DNA of 63,133 bases, the filler included, from Chiloscyllium plagiosum (Eukaryota), in NCBI RefSeq assembly GCF_004010195.1. It is 5 parts of one record of this genome, joined end to end, with 100 filler letters (N's around TTAATTAATTAA, not from the genome) between each part and the next. Parts side by side here need not be neighbours in the genome. Positions count along the whole stretch, not along the records: positions 12,432 to 36,724 come from NC_057711.1; positions 36,825 to 42,876 come from NC_057711.1; 3 more parts are not named here. One strand, given 5' to 3'. A model generated the notes under the pieces. It saw nothing but the letters and a program-made list of their open reading frames with translations. It made no database searches and was not told the DNA's origin. Position 1 is the stretch's first letter; each line of letters begins with the position of its first letter. Position numbers and translations under genes: made by a program. Below are positions 26,270 to 38,660 of the stretch, in pieces.

Positions 26270-26435
26270 GAGAAACTTCGATTATCTGGTATTTGATTAT
26301 TCAGATTTTGGATTATCCGGATAAGATTGCAAGGTCCCGATGCTTGGCTAAACTGTGTCTTCTGACATGTGATTATCCGAACATTCGACTATCTGAACAA
26401 AATTCCCGTCATTCGGATAATTGAGATTCATTTGT
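26270..26435. mobile_element. pogo/Tigger-type MITE
   Basis: Imperfect TIRs ACAGAGAAACTTCGATTATCTG / CGGATAATTGAGATTCATTTGT with internal GATTATCCG subrepeats. Confidence 0.65.
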
Positions 26436-27164
26436 ATATGTTAATTGTTTAAATGGTGGAGTTAACCATAACATTTCCAAATTTGCAGATAACATAAAGC
26501 TGGGTGAAACATTGAGCTATGAGGAGGATGGACAGATATTGCAATATGATTGTGACAGGTTTAGTGAGTGGGCAAATACATGGCTAATGCAGGATAATGT
26601 GGATAAATATTAGGTTATCCATTTTGGGAGCAAAAATAAGGTGGCAGATATTAATTGAATGTCCATGAATTGAGAGATGGAAATATGCAATGAACCTGCC
26701 TATCCTCATGCATGAATCACTGAAAGTCAGGTCCCGCAGACTGTAAAGAAAGCAAATTGTATGTTGGCCTTGAGAGGGAGAGTATTTAAGTACAGGAACA
26801 AGAATGCCTTGCTGTAATCATATACGTCATTAGCAAGGCCAAACCTGGAATATTGTGTGCAGTTTGGTCCTCGTATCTGAGGAAGGATCTTCTAACTATA
26901 GAGAGAGTGTAGCAAAGGTTTACAAAATTAATTCCTGGATGGCAGGACTGATGTATAAGAACAGATTGACTCATTTAGGATTATATTTACTGGGGTTTAG
27001 AAAAATGAAGGGTAGGGGGGAATATCACAGAAATCCATAAACTTCGAACAGGACTGGACAGGTTAGATGCAGGAAGAATGTTCCTGAGGCGAGGGAGCCC
27101 AGAAGCAGGGATCATACTTTAGGAATAAGGGGTAAACCTTTTAAGGCTGGGGTCAGAAGGCACG

Positions 27165-27310
27165 CAACACCAGATGACTTCAGTTGACAAAGGAGCAGTG
27201 CTCTGAAAGCTTGTGATTTCAAATAAACCTATTGGATGATAGCCTGGTATCATGTGACTTCTGAACTTGTCCATCCTAGTCCAATAATGGCACATCCATA
27301 TCATGGCTAC
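27165..27310 (+). mobile_element. Decayed PLE terminus, same family as 58049-58267
   Basis: TGACAAAGGAGCAGTGCTCTGAAAGCTTGTG..AATAAACCTATTGGA. Confidence 0.65.
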
Positions 27311-28147
27311 TGTTAAGATTGAGAGTGGTGAGCCAGTGGAATTCCAACCCACAGAAAGTGGTTGAAACCAAACATTATGTATTTTCCAACATGAGGTAGA
27401 CATAGTTCTTTGGCTAATGGAATCATGGGATATGGGAGGATGACAGAATTAAGGTATTGAGTTCAATGATCAGCCGTGATCACCCTGAATGTCAAAACAG
27501 GCTTATGGAGTCAAATGATCTGCTCCTGTTCCTATCTTCTATGTTTCTGTATTAAAGGTTTTGAAAATGGTGAACTGCAATGTTTTCATGGAAGGATGAG
27601 CTAAGATTAACTAAACAACCTTCAACTGCGCAATCAAATTTATTTATTTCTTTTTCATTGATAACTTTGTAAGTTAAACAAAGCAGAGACTTTAAGAATG
27701 AAAATATAGTACTCTCCCTGTAAATACATCAGCCTGAAAAGTTTGGCCACAAATAATAAATTCTTAAATGACATTGGCTTCAACTGCCATCAATACCAAT
27801 CTTCTACTACCTAATGCTATACTATTAAAAGAAACACTACTTCTGTACAAAGCACCAATACACTGCAGTCATTTTATCAGTATACTTTACGCAATATATT
27901 CTTAATATCCTTCCTATTAGTGATTCCATCATAGGCTCTATGTATTAAACAATGCCTACATTTATTTAATTAATAATTTATCCATACAATCTTCTTGAGC
28001 ATCAACAGAATATAATGCTCATAGAAAAACAGAATTCTGTTAAGGTTACATTTAGATCAATTAGAATAATAGCGCCTAAACATCAACAAAAGTCATTGTG
28101 AATCATTCTAATTACTGTCAAATGATTCTGTGAAATTATAAACAGTA

Positions 28148-28372
28148 AGTGCTTGAGAAACTCAGATCTGGTAGCATTTGTGAAGAGGGAAACAAAGTTA
28201 ACCTAATTGAACATCGCTGTGTATTTTAGAAACAAAACCAAAGATTTAGTTCTGATGAGAAGTCTTTGGCCTCCAAATGTTAACTCTATTTCTCTCTTCA
28301 CAGATACTGCCAGACCTGCAATGTTTCTCCAACATTTTCTGTTTGTATTGCAGATTTCCTGCATTCATAATG
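28148..28372. mobile_element. Old fold-back PLE mini-element
   Basis: Inverted arms TCTGGTAGCATTTGTGAAGAG..AGTTAAC / GTTAACT..CTCTTCACAGATACTGCCAGA; CTGATGA core at 28252-28258. Confidence 0.6.
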
Positions 28373-30602
28373 TTTTACTTTAACAACTTTATTCCAATAA
28401 CACCACAGGCAGGACCAGGAGTAGACAACTAAATTCCATAGTTCTAGTCATAAATGCTTGTGGGTTCGGCTGTTAATATTTCTTATTCATATTGTTGATT
28501 TTAAATGCAGAAGTTTTACTTATGGAAATGAACCACATAGGGGAGAAAGTCCTGAAATTTGATCTCGACTTTATTATGAGTTAGGTTCATTGATCCCTGG
28601 CTCATAAGTGGAAAAATGACCAGCAGCACAACATATGACCACCGTCGGGGGTACCTGCTAGCAAGACGTAAATATCAGGCAAGTACATGGTCAAGCTGTA
28701 CTATAATTTATCCCACAGTCAAAAAGCAAACAAAAACTTCCTGGCACTCATTGTCATATGATGTATAGCTATATATACAAGGTACAAGGACAGTGTTGGA
28801 TACCCATAAGCCAGATCTTTCAGAAAAGGAAGGAAGAAGTGGGAGGATAAGAAACAAAATAAAACAACAACTCATAACTGATAGAGAAGATTGCAATATT
28901 CTGACCAAAGGAATCAATATGATCTAAAAATCATCATGACAGCATCATCTATCATCTGAATCCACAGATGGTGTTACTTCATAGAACAAAATTTATGAAT
29001 TCATGAGGTTTCACTTCTGTGGTAACAAATGCAAGGAATCTGAATGTATAGATTAGTGGGAACAGCATGATTTTCTATTCATTATTATCCATGAATTTTT
29101 GAAAAAGTTCACAAGCATCCAAGCTCTTAATTCCTGACAGGACATTTCTGATTTCCAGCACTATTAGTAGAAGATGTCATAGAGCCTGTGATTGACATCG
29201 TTCATGTCCTATTATTATCATTCACCACTAGGGGCACCAAATGATTCAGATTTACATTCTTGGAGGGTGCTTTATGCTAACTAGAGTCATACAGTCATAA
29301 AGTCATTCAGCATGGAATCAGACCCTTCAGCCCAACTCGTCATCTCCAACCAGATATCCTAAACTGATCTCATCCTATTAACCAGCATTTGGCCCATATT
29401 CCTGTTCATGTACCCTTCCAGATGTCTCTTAAGTGTTGTAATTGTTCATGCCTCCACCACCTACTCTGGCAGCTTATTCCACATACACGGCACCTTCTTT
29501 GTGTGAAAAAGGTGCCCTTAGGTCCCTTTAAAATCTTTCCCCTGCCACCTTAAAGCTCTGCCCTCTAGTTTTGGATGCCCCTACCCTTGGGAAAAGACTT
29601 TGGTTATTTACCTTTCTATTCTCCTTGTGATTTTATTAACCTCTACAACGTCATCCCTCATCCTCTGATGCTCCAGGGAAAATGGTTCCCGCATCTCCAT
29701 ATAACACAAATTCTCCAAACGCGGTAATATCCTTGTAAATATTATTTGCACCCTTTCAAGTTTAGCAACAGCTTTCCTATAGCAGGGAGACCAGAATTGA
29801 ACACAATGAGAAGTGGCCTCATCAATGTCCTGTACAGCAGCAACATGTTATCCCAACTCCTCTACTCAATGCATTGACAAATGAAAGCAAACATGCTAAA
29901 TGTCTTTTTCACCACCCTGTCTACCTGTTACTCCGCATTCAAGGAACTATGCACCTGTACCCCTAGGTCTTTTTCTTCAGCAACACTCCCCATGGCTCTA
30001 CCATTAACTATGTAAGTCCTGCCCTCATTTGTCTTACTGAAATACAATACCTCACATCTATCTTAAGTAAACTTCTTCTGCCAGATGCCAGCTCAATGGC
30101 CCATCTGTTCAAGGTCCCATTGTACTCTGAGAAAATTTTCTTCACTGTCCACTATACCACCAATTTTGGTGTCATCTGCAAATTTTCAAACCATGCCTCC
30201 TATATTCACATCCAAATTGTTTATATAAATTACGAAAAGCAGTGGATACAGCACCGATCCTTGTTGTCCACTACTGGTAACAGGCTTCCAGTCAGAAAAA
30301 CAACCGTCTACTATCACCCGTCTGTCTCTCACCTTCAAGCCAAACTTGTATCCAATTGGCTAGCTCCCCCGGATTTAATTTGATCTAACCTTGCTAACCA
30401 GTCTACTATGTGGAACCTTGTCAAACACTTTATTGTAGTCCATATAGACTGCGTCTACTGCTCTGCCTTCATCAATCTTCTTTATCATTTCTACAATAAG
30501 CTCAATCAAATTTGTGAGACACGAATTCCCACACACAAAGCCATTCCCACACACAAAGCCAAGTTGATCATCCCTAATTAGTCCTTGCCTTTCCAAATAC
30601 AT

Positions 30603-31688
30603 TGTTGTGGTTCTGTTCGCCGAGCTGGAAATTTTTGTTGCAAACATTTCGTCCCCTGTCTAGGTGACATCCTCAGTGCTTGGGACCCTCCTGTGAAGCG
30701 CTTCTGTGGTGTTTCCTCCGGCATTTATAGTGGCCTGTCCCTGCCGCTTCCGGTTGTCAGTTTCAGCTGTCCACTGTAGTGGCCGGTATATTGGGTCCAG
30801 GTCGATGTGTTTGTTGATGGAGTTTGTGGATGAGTGCCATGCTTCTAGGAATTCCCTGGCTGTTCTTTGTTTGGCTTGCCCTATAATGCAAGCAACGACA
30901 AGCAACATGAATTTGACTGGGACAACACTACCATTATAGGGCAAGCCAAACAAAGAACAGCCAGGGAATTCCTAGAACCATGGCACTCATCCACAAACCC
31001 CATCAACAAACACATCGACCTGGACCCAATATACAGGCCACTACAGCGGACAGCTGAAACTAACAACTGGAAGCGGCAGAGACAGGCCACTATAAATGCT
31101 GGAGGAAACACCACAGAAGCGCTTCACAGGAGGCTCCCAAACACTGAGGATGTCACCTAGACAGGGGACGAAAAGTTTGCAACAAANNNNNNNNNNNNNN
31201 NNNNNNNNNNNNNNNNNNNNNNNNNNNNNNNNNNNNNNNNNNNNNNNNNNNNNNNNNNNNNNNNNNNNNNNNNNNNNNNNNNNNNNNNNNNNNNNNNNNN
31301 NNNNNNNNNNNNNNNNNNNNNNNNNNNNNNNNNNNNNNNNNNNNNNNNNNNNNNNNNNNNNNNNNNNNNNNNNNNNNNNNNNNNNNNNNNNNNNNNNNNN
31401 NNNNNNNNNNNNNNNNNNNNNNNNNNNNNNNNNNNNNNNNNNNNNNNNNNNNNNNNNNNNNNNNNNNNNNNNNNNNNNNNNNNNNNNNNNNNNNNNNNNN
31501 NNNNGGAAGTGGCAGGGACAGGCCACTATAAATGCCGGAGGAAACACCACAGAAGCGCTTCACAGGAGGCTCCCAAGCACTGAGGATGTCACCTAGACAG
31601 GGGACGAAACGTTTGCAACTAAAATTTCCAGCTCGGCGAACAGAACCACAACAACGAGTATCCGAGCTACAAATCTTCTCACAAACTT
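30603..31688 (+). mobile_element. Penelope-like insertion: inverted 5' segment plus tandem pLTRs
   Basis: TSD TTTCCAAATACAT at 30590-30602 and 31689-31701; 30603-30887 is the reverse complement of the following arm; HEFDWDNTTIIGQAKQRTAREFLE; N-gap 31187-31504. Confidence 0.9.
31577..31616 (+). ncRNA. Minimal type I hammerhead ribozyme, core intact
   Basis: GCA-CTGAGGA-T-GTCACCT-AGAC-AGGGGAC-GAAA-CG-TT-TGC; stem I GCA/TGC, palindromic ACGT stem III; mutated siblings at 30640-30679 (-) and 31141-31180 (+). Confidence 0.8.
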
Positions 31689-31805
31689 TTTCCAAATACA
31701 TATAAGTCCTGTCCCTCAGAACCCTCTCCAGCAACATACCCACCATTGACATCAGGTTCACCAGTCTATAGTTCCCTGTATTTTCCTTACCATCTTTCTT
31801 AATAA

Positions 31806-32120
31806 TCATAGAATACCCCCAGTGTGGAAACAGGCCCTTCAGCCCAGCAAGTCCACGCTGATCCCACAAAGAGCAACCCACCCAGACCCAACATTTACCC
31901 CTGATTAGTGCACCCAACCTATACATCCCTGAACACTATGGACAATTTAGCATGGCCAACTCACCTGGATTGTGGGAGAAAACCTGAGCACCTGAAGGAA
32001 ACCTGCGCAGACATGGGAATAAGTTGCAAACTCCACGCAGACAGTCACCCGAGGCTAGAATTGAACTTGGGTCCCTGGTACTATGAGGCTGCAATGTTGA
32101 CCACTAAGCCACTGTGCCAG
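31806..32120 (-). mobile_element. HE1-type SINE
   Basis: V-domain and tRNA-like head on the minus strand. Confidence 0.85.
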
Positions 32121-32529
32121 TAGCACCACATTAGCTACCGTCCAGTCTTCCAGCACCTCACCTGTGACTGTTGCCGATACAAATATCTCAGCAAGGGATC
32201 CAGCAATTCTTTCTAGCTTCCTACAAAGTTCTGCGATGCACCTAATTAGGTATCAGGGAATTATCTATCTTTATGCGTTTTAACATTTATTTCTTGGGTT
32301 TTGAATCCAATAAATGTGCTGACAAAGTCTGTATCACTTTTACCTGTGCAGCAGTGATTTGGTTAATTGGACAGAAGACAGCATTTGGCTCTCTGATTGA
32401 AGGGTTAGGTATAATGGCAAGTAAGAATGAGTTTTCAGGCTGGCAATGTGCAACCAATGGCGTGCCACCGGGATTAGTGGTGGGAGGAACATCACCTGAA
32501 CAAAAGCAAAATATTGTGAATGCCAAAAC

Positions 32530-33025
32530 CAGTTCTGAAGAGAATTCATTATGGACTTGAAACCTTAACTCTGTTTCATCTCCACAGATGCAATCAGATC
32601 TGCTGAATTTCTCCAGCATTTTCTCTATTTGTTTCAACATCAACTCCTTGCTCTTTGACTCTACCCCCTATTCAGAAAGTTGAAAACTTTACTTCCTGCT
32701 GTCCTGCTTCATTTACTGATCTTTGCACATACTCACTCAGTTCTCTCTGCTCCTGCACCCCATGGTTAATATAAGGTTATTAATAAAGAAAGATTAATAT
32801 TGGAGACTACATTAGTTTCTACCCAATCTGAATGTGTTATACAGAATTAGGAAAAGATGAGTCTAGCTTTAGACCCTGATAGGGCAGACATGTTATTTCT
32901 GGATATCATTTCCTTTAGTTCTGAAGAAGAGTTATTTTGGACTCAAAATGTTACCTTTGTTCCTCTTTCCACAGATGCTTCCAGACCTGCCCTCTGTTGG
33001 TTTCAGATTTCTAACATCTGGGGTA
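32530..33025 (+). mobile_element. Two decayed PLE termini (32530-32640 and 32918-33025)
   Basis: TCTGAAGA..GGACT..AAA..TTA..CT..TCCACAGATGC..CAGA pattern; further copies at 46939-47062 and ~52928-53010. Confidence 0.6.
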
Positions 33026-33269
33026 CCTGACATTTATTTATGTCATCTATTGTTCCAGATAGACTTGCCAGTTTTGTCTAACTGGACAATGCAATTTGCA
33101 CCTATTGTGATTATACAATAAACTATATCTTGTTGTTAAGACAAGTTCCTCTTCTTTTTAATACTCATGAATAGTGCATCCTCTATCACTGTGAACCAAA
33201 AAGCCCCTTAAACAACTATAGCAGGAAGGATTGAAGGCTGCATTTGATCAAAGCCATTAGTTAGTTATG

Positions 33270-33775
33270 CTTGGTTCCACAACACATCATCCTTTGCCAT
33301 TTCCACCAGTTCCAGTGTGATGTAGTCACCATAAGAAATCCTCTGTCTGTTATCAGCACTCCATTCTTTTCCCTTTATGGCACATTGGTTGAGTCCTCAG
33401 TTACTACTAAAACAATCTTCCTTCTTAAGGCACCATTCCTACTGTTTCTCTTCCTCTCTCTCACTGTCCAAACACCCAAACGTTCCTTCCAAGTGAGACA
33501 GAGTTTTACTTGTACTTTCAATTAGTATGCTGTATACAATGCACCCAATGTAGTCTCCTATACACTGGGAGGCCCAAACAGACAATGAGACCACTTAGCT
33601 GCATTTCCCCAGTTTTATCTAAAAACACAACCCCAAGTTGCTAGCTGCTTGTCACTTTAATTCTTCACTTTGCTCCCATCATGATCTTTGCAGCTCAATG
33701 CAAGTTTGCAGAACAGCAGCTTATCTTTCAACTCAGTGCTATACAGTCTTTTGGATTAAATATAGATCATAACCT
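33270..33775 (+). mobile_element. Decayed PLE GIY-YIG region
   Basis: SFQVRQSFTCTFN followed by CCIQCTQCSLLYTG, resembling the VYCI.C..C...YIG motif. Confidence 0.7.
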
Positions 33776-36527
33776 TTGCCTTCAACTTGGTCTATCTGTT
33801 TTATTTTTGCTGGGGCATTTTTTAGTCCTTCGAGTTACATCCAGATGATTTTTATGTCGCAATTGTTATCTCATTTGGACACTTTTGTTTCATTACTATA
33901 TCCATTACCACTGTCATTAGCTGTTGCATCATAAATTTTTCAATTATTGTATATTTGTCTGTTATTTAGTGCTGTTCCTACTTAATCAAGCCTACATTTA
34001 GCTACATGCAATTCTCCAATCTTAAATCAATCTATTTCTTTGTATTGGAACAAATCTGTAATCTTGGTCATTGTGTCATTTTGAGAAACAGAATGGCTCT
34101 AAGGAGAAAAAGTTTGCTATGCATCCAAAGTTACTGACTTCATTGAGTAATCCCTTAATATGAGAGGGGCCTGTTTGCTTGATTGCAACCACATCTATTC
34201 ACTGTTTCTCATCTGCCACCACTAATTTTAAACAAAGTACACAATAAGGCAGAATGAATGAATCCAATGTCTAATAAAAGGGAGTGGATAACTGCAATTA
34301 CTTAACTTGTGCAGGTGATCTGCCATTGACTATTCTGCCATTCTGGCACCTGAGCTGTTGCTGCAGAATGATATTTTGACACCTTTGAGGGTAAGCTACC
34401 AAACTCTTCAAGTTCAAGAGGAACAATGTGGTGCACAATGTGATGCTTACACTGACAAAGACCAAAAAAGGACAGCAAATTGTAACTGAAAACACACTAG
34501 ATCAATCGGTTCCTTGTTATGTTCTTGACTTTGTATAAAGCCTCTATGTAGCTTAACTTCTCTGTCAATCATCTCATGCAGGTACACAAAAATAGAGACA
34601 GAAATAAAGCCCAATAAGGATGTGGTCAGCTACTGCTTAGGGTCAGTAACAACCACAGCATTTACACTTGTCTTCTTGATGCACACAATGCAGCTTGAAT
34701 GTTTGCTATTTCCACATAGTTGTTCCATCCCCAGTTAAACAAGTCCACGTCAGAAAACAGTACATTCTATTTTCAATAAAAGACTTTGCTTCACTTTTCT
34801 GAGCTAACACAAATTGCAGAGGGGAAATGCTGTTTTTGTCTGTTACATGCAAATAAAGCTTACCCTATTCTGTATAAATGATTTTACAATTCTGTAATAT
34901 AAATAGGGGGTAATTTTTTACCAAGTCAAATCTTTGTAAGATGAAGGTGAATATCAGAAAAGTTGAAATACTGTCCCTGATTTTGCATCCATTTAGTGTA
35001 CTGAATGGAGAATTTGGGAAGTTTCAACCAATTTTCACAATATTCATACATTGAGCTGAATTGGAAAATACATTGACGTTACACCAAAGAAATGTTTGAC
35101 TATTGAATGTAAAGTATCAAAAATATCAAAGAGCCATTATCAGAAAGATAAATGTCAAAGCAATCAAATTTCTCATGCAGAACTGTAGTTTATTGATGGA
35201 GTTCTGTGTTTTTTTTTCTTTTGCTCAGTTTCTCCACTTGGGCCTTCTCATGTCACTCATCAGCCGTGTACGAGAAAGCATGCTGTCAGTGTCAGTCCCA
35301 GTTTCACTGTCAAACTGGATACAGTGTGCAAATTATTCTTCCTCTTGAGTTTTTCTTGCTCCCTATGAAGAACAGCTGTCACCATTTAACATCTCTCCAC
35401 AGGTTTTGGTGTAATATAAACTCAGCTTTTGTGGTTTTGACTTCAGAAGACAAAATGTGTGAATTTTGCAGATCTAACATGCTGACAAATAAAGTGAGAT
35501 ATAATCCTCTCTAAGTTGCTAAACACATGAAGCTCTAGATTTTCCAGAAATGTATGGTAGCTTTGTCCAGGTTCTAGTAAGGGGAATATGCTCAATTTTG
35601 CAGGGACTGAATACTTAGTAAAGTGATTGCTATGTTAACACACTTCAGCAGTGATTGTTTTTGTTAGTTACGCACCCATTATTTCATGCAGTATGATTCC
35701 TTCAATTGCTGCTTCCTATTTGAATTATTTGTCTTATTTAATTCCTGCCTTGACCCAGTAGATCACACAATGACAATTGCACAAAATTAAGCCTACAGCA
35801 CAACATTTAAAAACTTGAACATGGTTGAAGATAAAACTTCTACCTCTGAAAGGAATTAAAGCCTGAAAAGCCACAATCTCCACATTCCAGTACAATATCT
35901 CAGATATGCCTGCCTGCGAATGTGTTTGATAATTACGCTGACAGTATGTGAGATTCAAGTGAGGTCATACGGTTTACATAATCTGGATGAACACCCATAT
36001 CTCCAGGACCATCAAATATCTTAAGATTTCCTGAATCCAATTATATATTTTTATGTTTAATTAGTTTCAATTCGGGCCTGTGTTTAACAACAATTTGGTA
36101 CTCTTCTGCTTAAACCAGATCTCAATTCAGCTTCAAGCTATTGTCCAAACCTCAATCCAATTCAACATCATGTATTTCTAAAATGTCTCCCACTAACGTA
36201 TGGGAGAATGTTTCCTGATGCTTGTGTATTAAAATTTCTTACCAGCTCCCAATTATACACCATAGCCTCCTATAAAAGCTCATATCATAGTAAAATATGG
36301 ATTAGCAGTTTTTAATTTTCATCATCTGATTTTCAATATCTAAAACCCTGGGCTAAAATGATATTTAACATCAAAAGAAAAATGGATCCACCTGCCAACT
36401 TCCAAGAAATCAAACTTATAAAAATGCCAGAATGTGCTACATGTATTATTGGATGAGAAGAGAAGAAAAAGTTAGGAAAATTCTGAGAGGCAACAGAGCT
36501 CAGGGTGTTTGTATGTGTGTAATTTGG

Positions 36528-37095
36528 TAGAGTCATAGAGTGATAGAGATGTACAGCATGGAAACAGACCCTTCGGTCCAACCCGTACATGCCGACCAGA
36601 TATCCCAACCCAATCTAGTCCCACCTGCCAGCACCCGGGCCATATCCCTCCAAACCCTTCCTATTCATATACCCATCCAAATGCCTCTTAAATGTTACAA
36701 TTGTACCAGCCTCCACCACATCCTNNNNNNNNNNNNNNNNNNNNNNNNNNNNNNNNNNNNNNNNNNNNTTAATTAATTAANNNNNNNNNNNNNNNNNNNN
36801 NNNNNNNNNNNNNNNNNNNNNNNNAAAAACAACCCTCCACCACCACCCTCTGTCTTCTACCTTTGAGCCAGTTCTGTATCCAAATGGCTGGTTCTCCCTG
36901 TATTCCATGAGATCTAACCTTGCTAATCAGTCTCCCATAGGGAACCTTGTCGAACGCCTTACTGAAGTCCATATAGATCACATCTACTGCTCTGCCCTCA
37001 TCAATCTTCTTTGTTACTTCTTCAAAAAACTCAATCAAGTTTGGGAGACATGATTTCCCACGCACAAAGCCATGCTGACTATCCCGAATCAGTCC
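36528..37095 (-). mobile_element. CR1 fragments either side of a scaffold gap
   Basis: 3' UTR at 36528-36724; RT LIRDSQHGFVRGKSC..DFSKAFDKVP at 36825-37095. Confidence 0.88.
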
Positions 37096-38127
37096 AGTAT
37101 AGAATCGGACTATTTCTGAAAAGGAACAAATTTTATGAAAGCTTTTTATCTTACATTTATCAGGACAATTCGCAAGCACATTAATGTATAGGGGAGAAAC
37201 ACTTTTATACTGTCTGTATAAGTGTGCTGATTAGTTGGAATGTGGACTGTGATTGGACAATGCACCAATCAGGTGATGACTGACAGTTTGATGATGACTG
37301 AATCTGCGATATTATTCTAATTATCTGCTGAGATTTGTTTAAATTTCAACCAGGCAGGCAGGCAGGCTGACTCTGATTAATCAAGATATTGTCCTAAGGA
37401 ATGAACCAGAGAATGATTATAATGTATTTTGTTTTGCTTATCAGGTACATTATTTTTATGTCTGCAAAAAACAAGGTTCTGTATATTTTCTGCGCATGTA
37501 TTGCACCCATAGGTCTGAATCATATGATAGGGAGGGAATCTGCCAACATTACCTGGTTTGGCCCACATTTGACTCCAAATCCACAGCAATGTGATTGATT
37601 TTTAATTGCTCTCTAGGCAATTAGGGATGGACAAGTAAATGCTGCCTAGCCAGCACCACCAAAAACAGATTTTAAAAAATGAGTTTCATTGAAACTCACA
37701 GAGGGTTCCTGTCCATGAGGCCCAGTGAGACCGCAAGGGCAAATCAGGAAAGTCAGGGGTAGAGGGAGAAAAAAGGGGGTGTCAAAGAGATGGAGAGTGA
37801 TCTACGGGGGAAAGAGTTAGGGAGACTCCATTGGAGTGGGAGATGAAACGAACCCTGAATAGATGGCGGAATGGTTGTGAATCCATAAACAATGGAATAC
37901 TCAGAAATCAGGAAAATCTGAACATAATGAGATAAGCAATTACTTGCAAATGTTAGAAATGCATGTGTTCAGGAGCTACTTGATGGAAACAAATGCAGTG
38001 GATAATATTGTAGGGAGCAATGCGTCAATTGTTAAATTTAAATCTGTGATTAATATCTGAGATGTCGTAAAAGGGGCAGTAATTACCAGAAGATATATTA
38101 GCCCTGCGATTATACAATGGAAATGTA

Positions 38128-38660
38128 ATAGTGTCATGATGTACAGCACAGAAACAGACCAACTCATCCATGCCGACCAGATATCCCAACCTAATCTAGT
38201 CCCATTTGCCAGCACCTGGCCCATATCCATCCAAACCTTTCCTATTCATATACCCATCCAGATGCCTTTTAAATGTTGCAATTGTACCAACCTCCACCAC
38301 TTCCTCTAGCAGCTCATTCCACACACACACCACCCGCTGTGTGAAAATGTTGCCCATTAAGTCTCTTTTATATCTTTCCCCTCTCACCCTAAACCTGTGC
38401 CCTCTAGTTCTGGACTCCCCGACCCCAGGGAAAAAGACTTTGTCTGTTTGTCCTATGCTTGCCCTTCATGATTTTAAAAACCTCTATAAGGTCACCCCTC
38501 AGCCTCCGGTGCTCCAGGGAAAACAGCCCCAGCGTATTCAATCTCTCCCTATAGCTCAAACCCTTCAACCCTGGCAACTTCCTTGTAAATCTTTGCTGAA
38601 CCTTTTCAAGTTTCACAACATCCTTCCGATAGGAAGGAGCCCAGAATTGCACACAATACA
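38128..38660 (-). mobile_element. CR1 3' fragment
   Basis: YCVQFWAPSYRKD..RRLRGDLIEVFKIM. Confidence 0.9.

Larger units (their letters stand above)
21130..27548 (+). mobile_element. Old near-full-length CR1 (esterase ORF1, APE, RT) hosting nested insertions
   Basis: CLPDARVNDVS esterase region ~21180; APE 21750-22400; RT 25700-27000; 3' UTR to ~27548; interrupted at 22530-25210, 26270-26435 and 27165-27310. Confidence 0.8.
29283..32290 (-). mobile_element. CR1 RT and 3' end, split by a PLE and a SINE
   Basis: CR1 RT motifs in ORF 30375-30647; resumes after 31701 (GNYRLVNL). Confidence 0.85.

Noticed and set aside
31041..31926. Long ORFs of 166-257 aa
   Set aside because: Their length comes from translating N-gaps
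35226..35363. Minus-strand terminal coding exon with hydrophobic tail (EQEKLKRK..LTACFLVHG) and downstream AATAAA
   Set aside because: Short, weak acceptor, no recognisable homology and no linkable upstream exon
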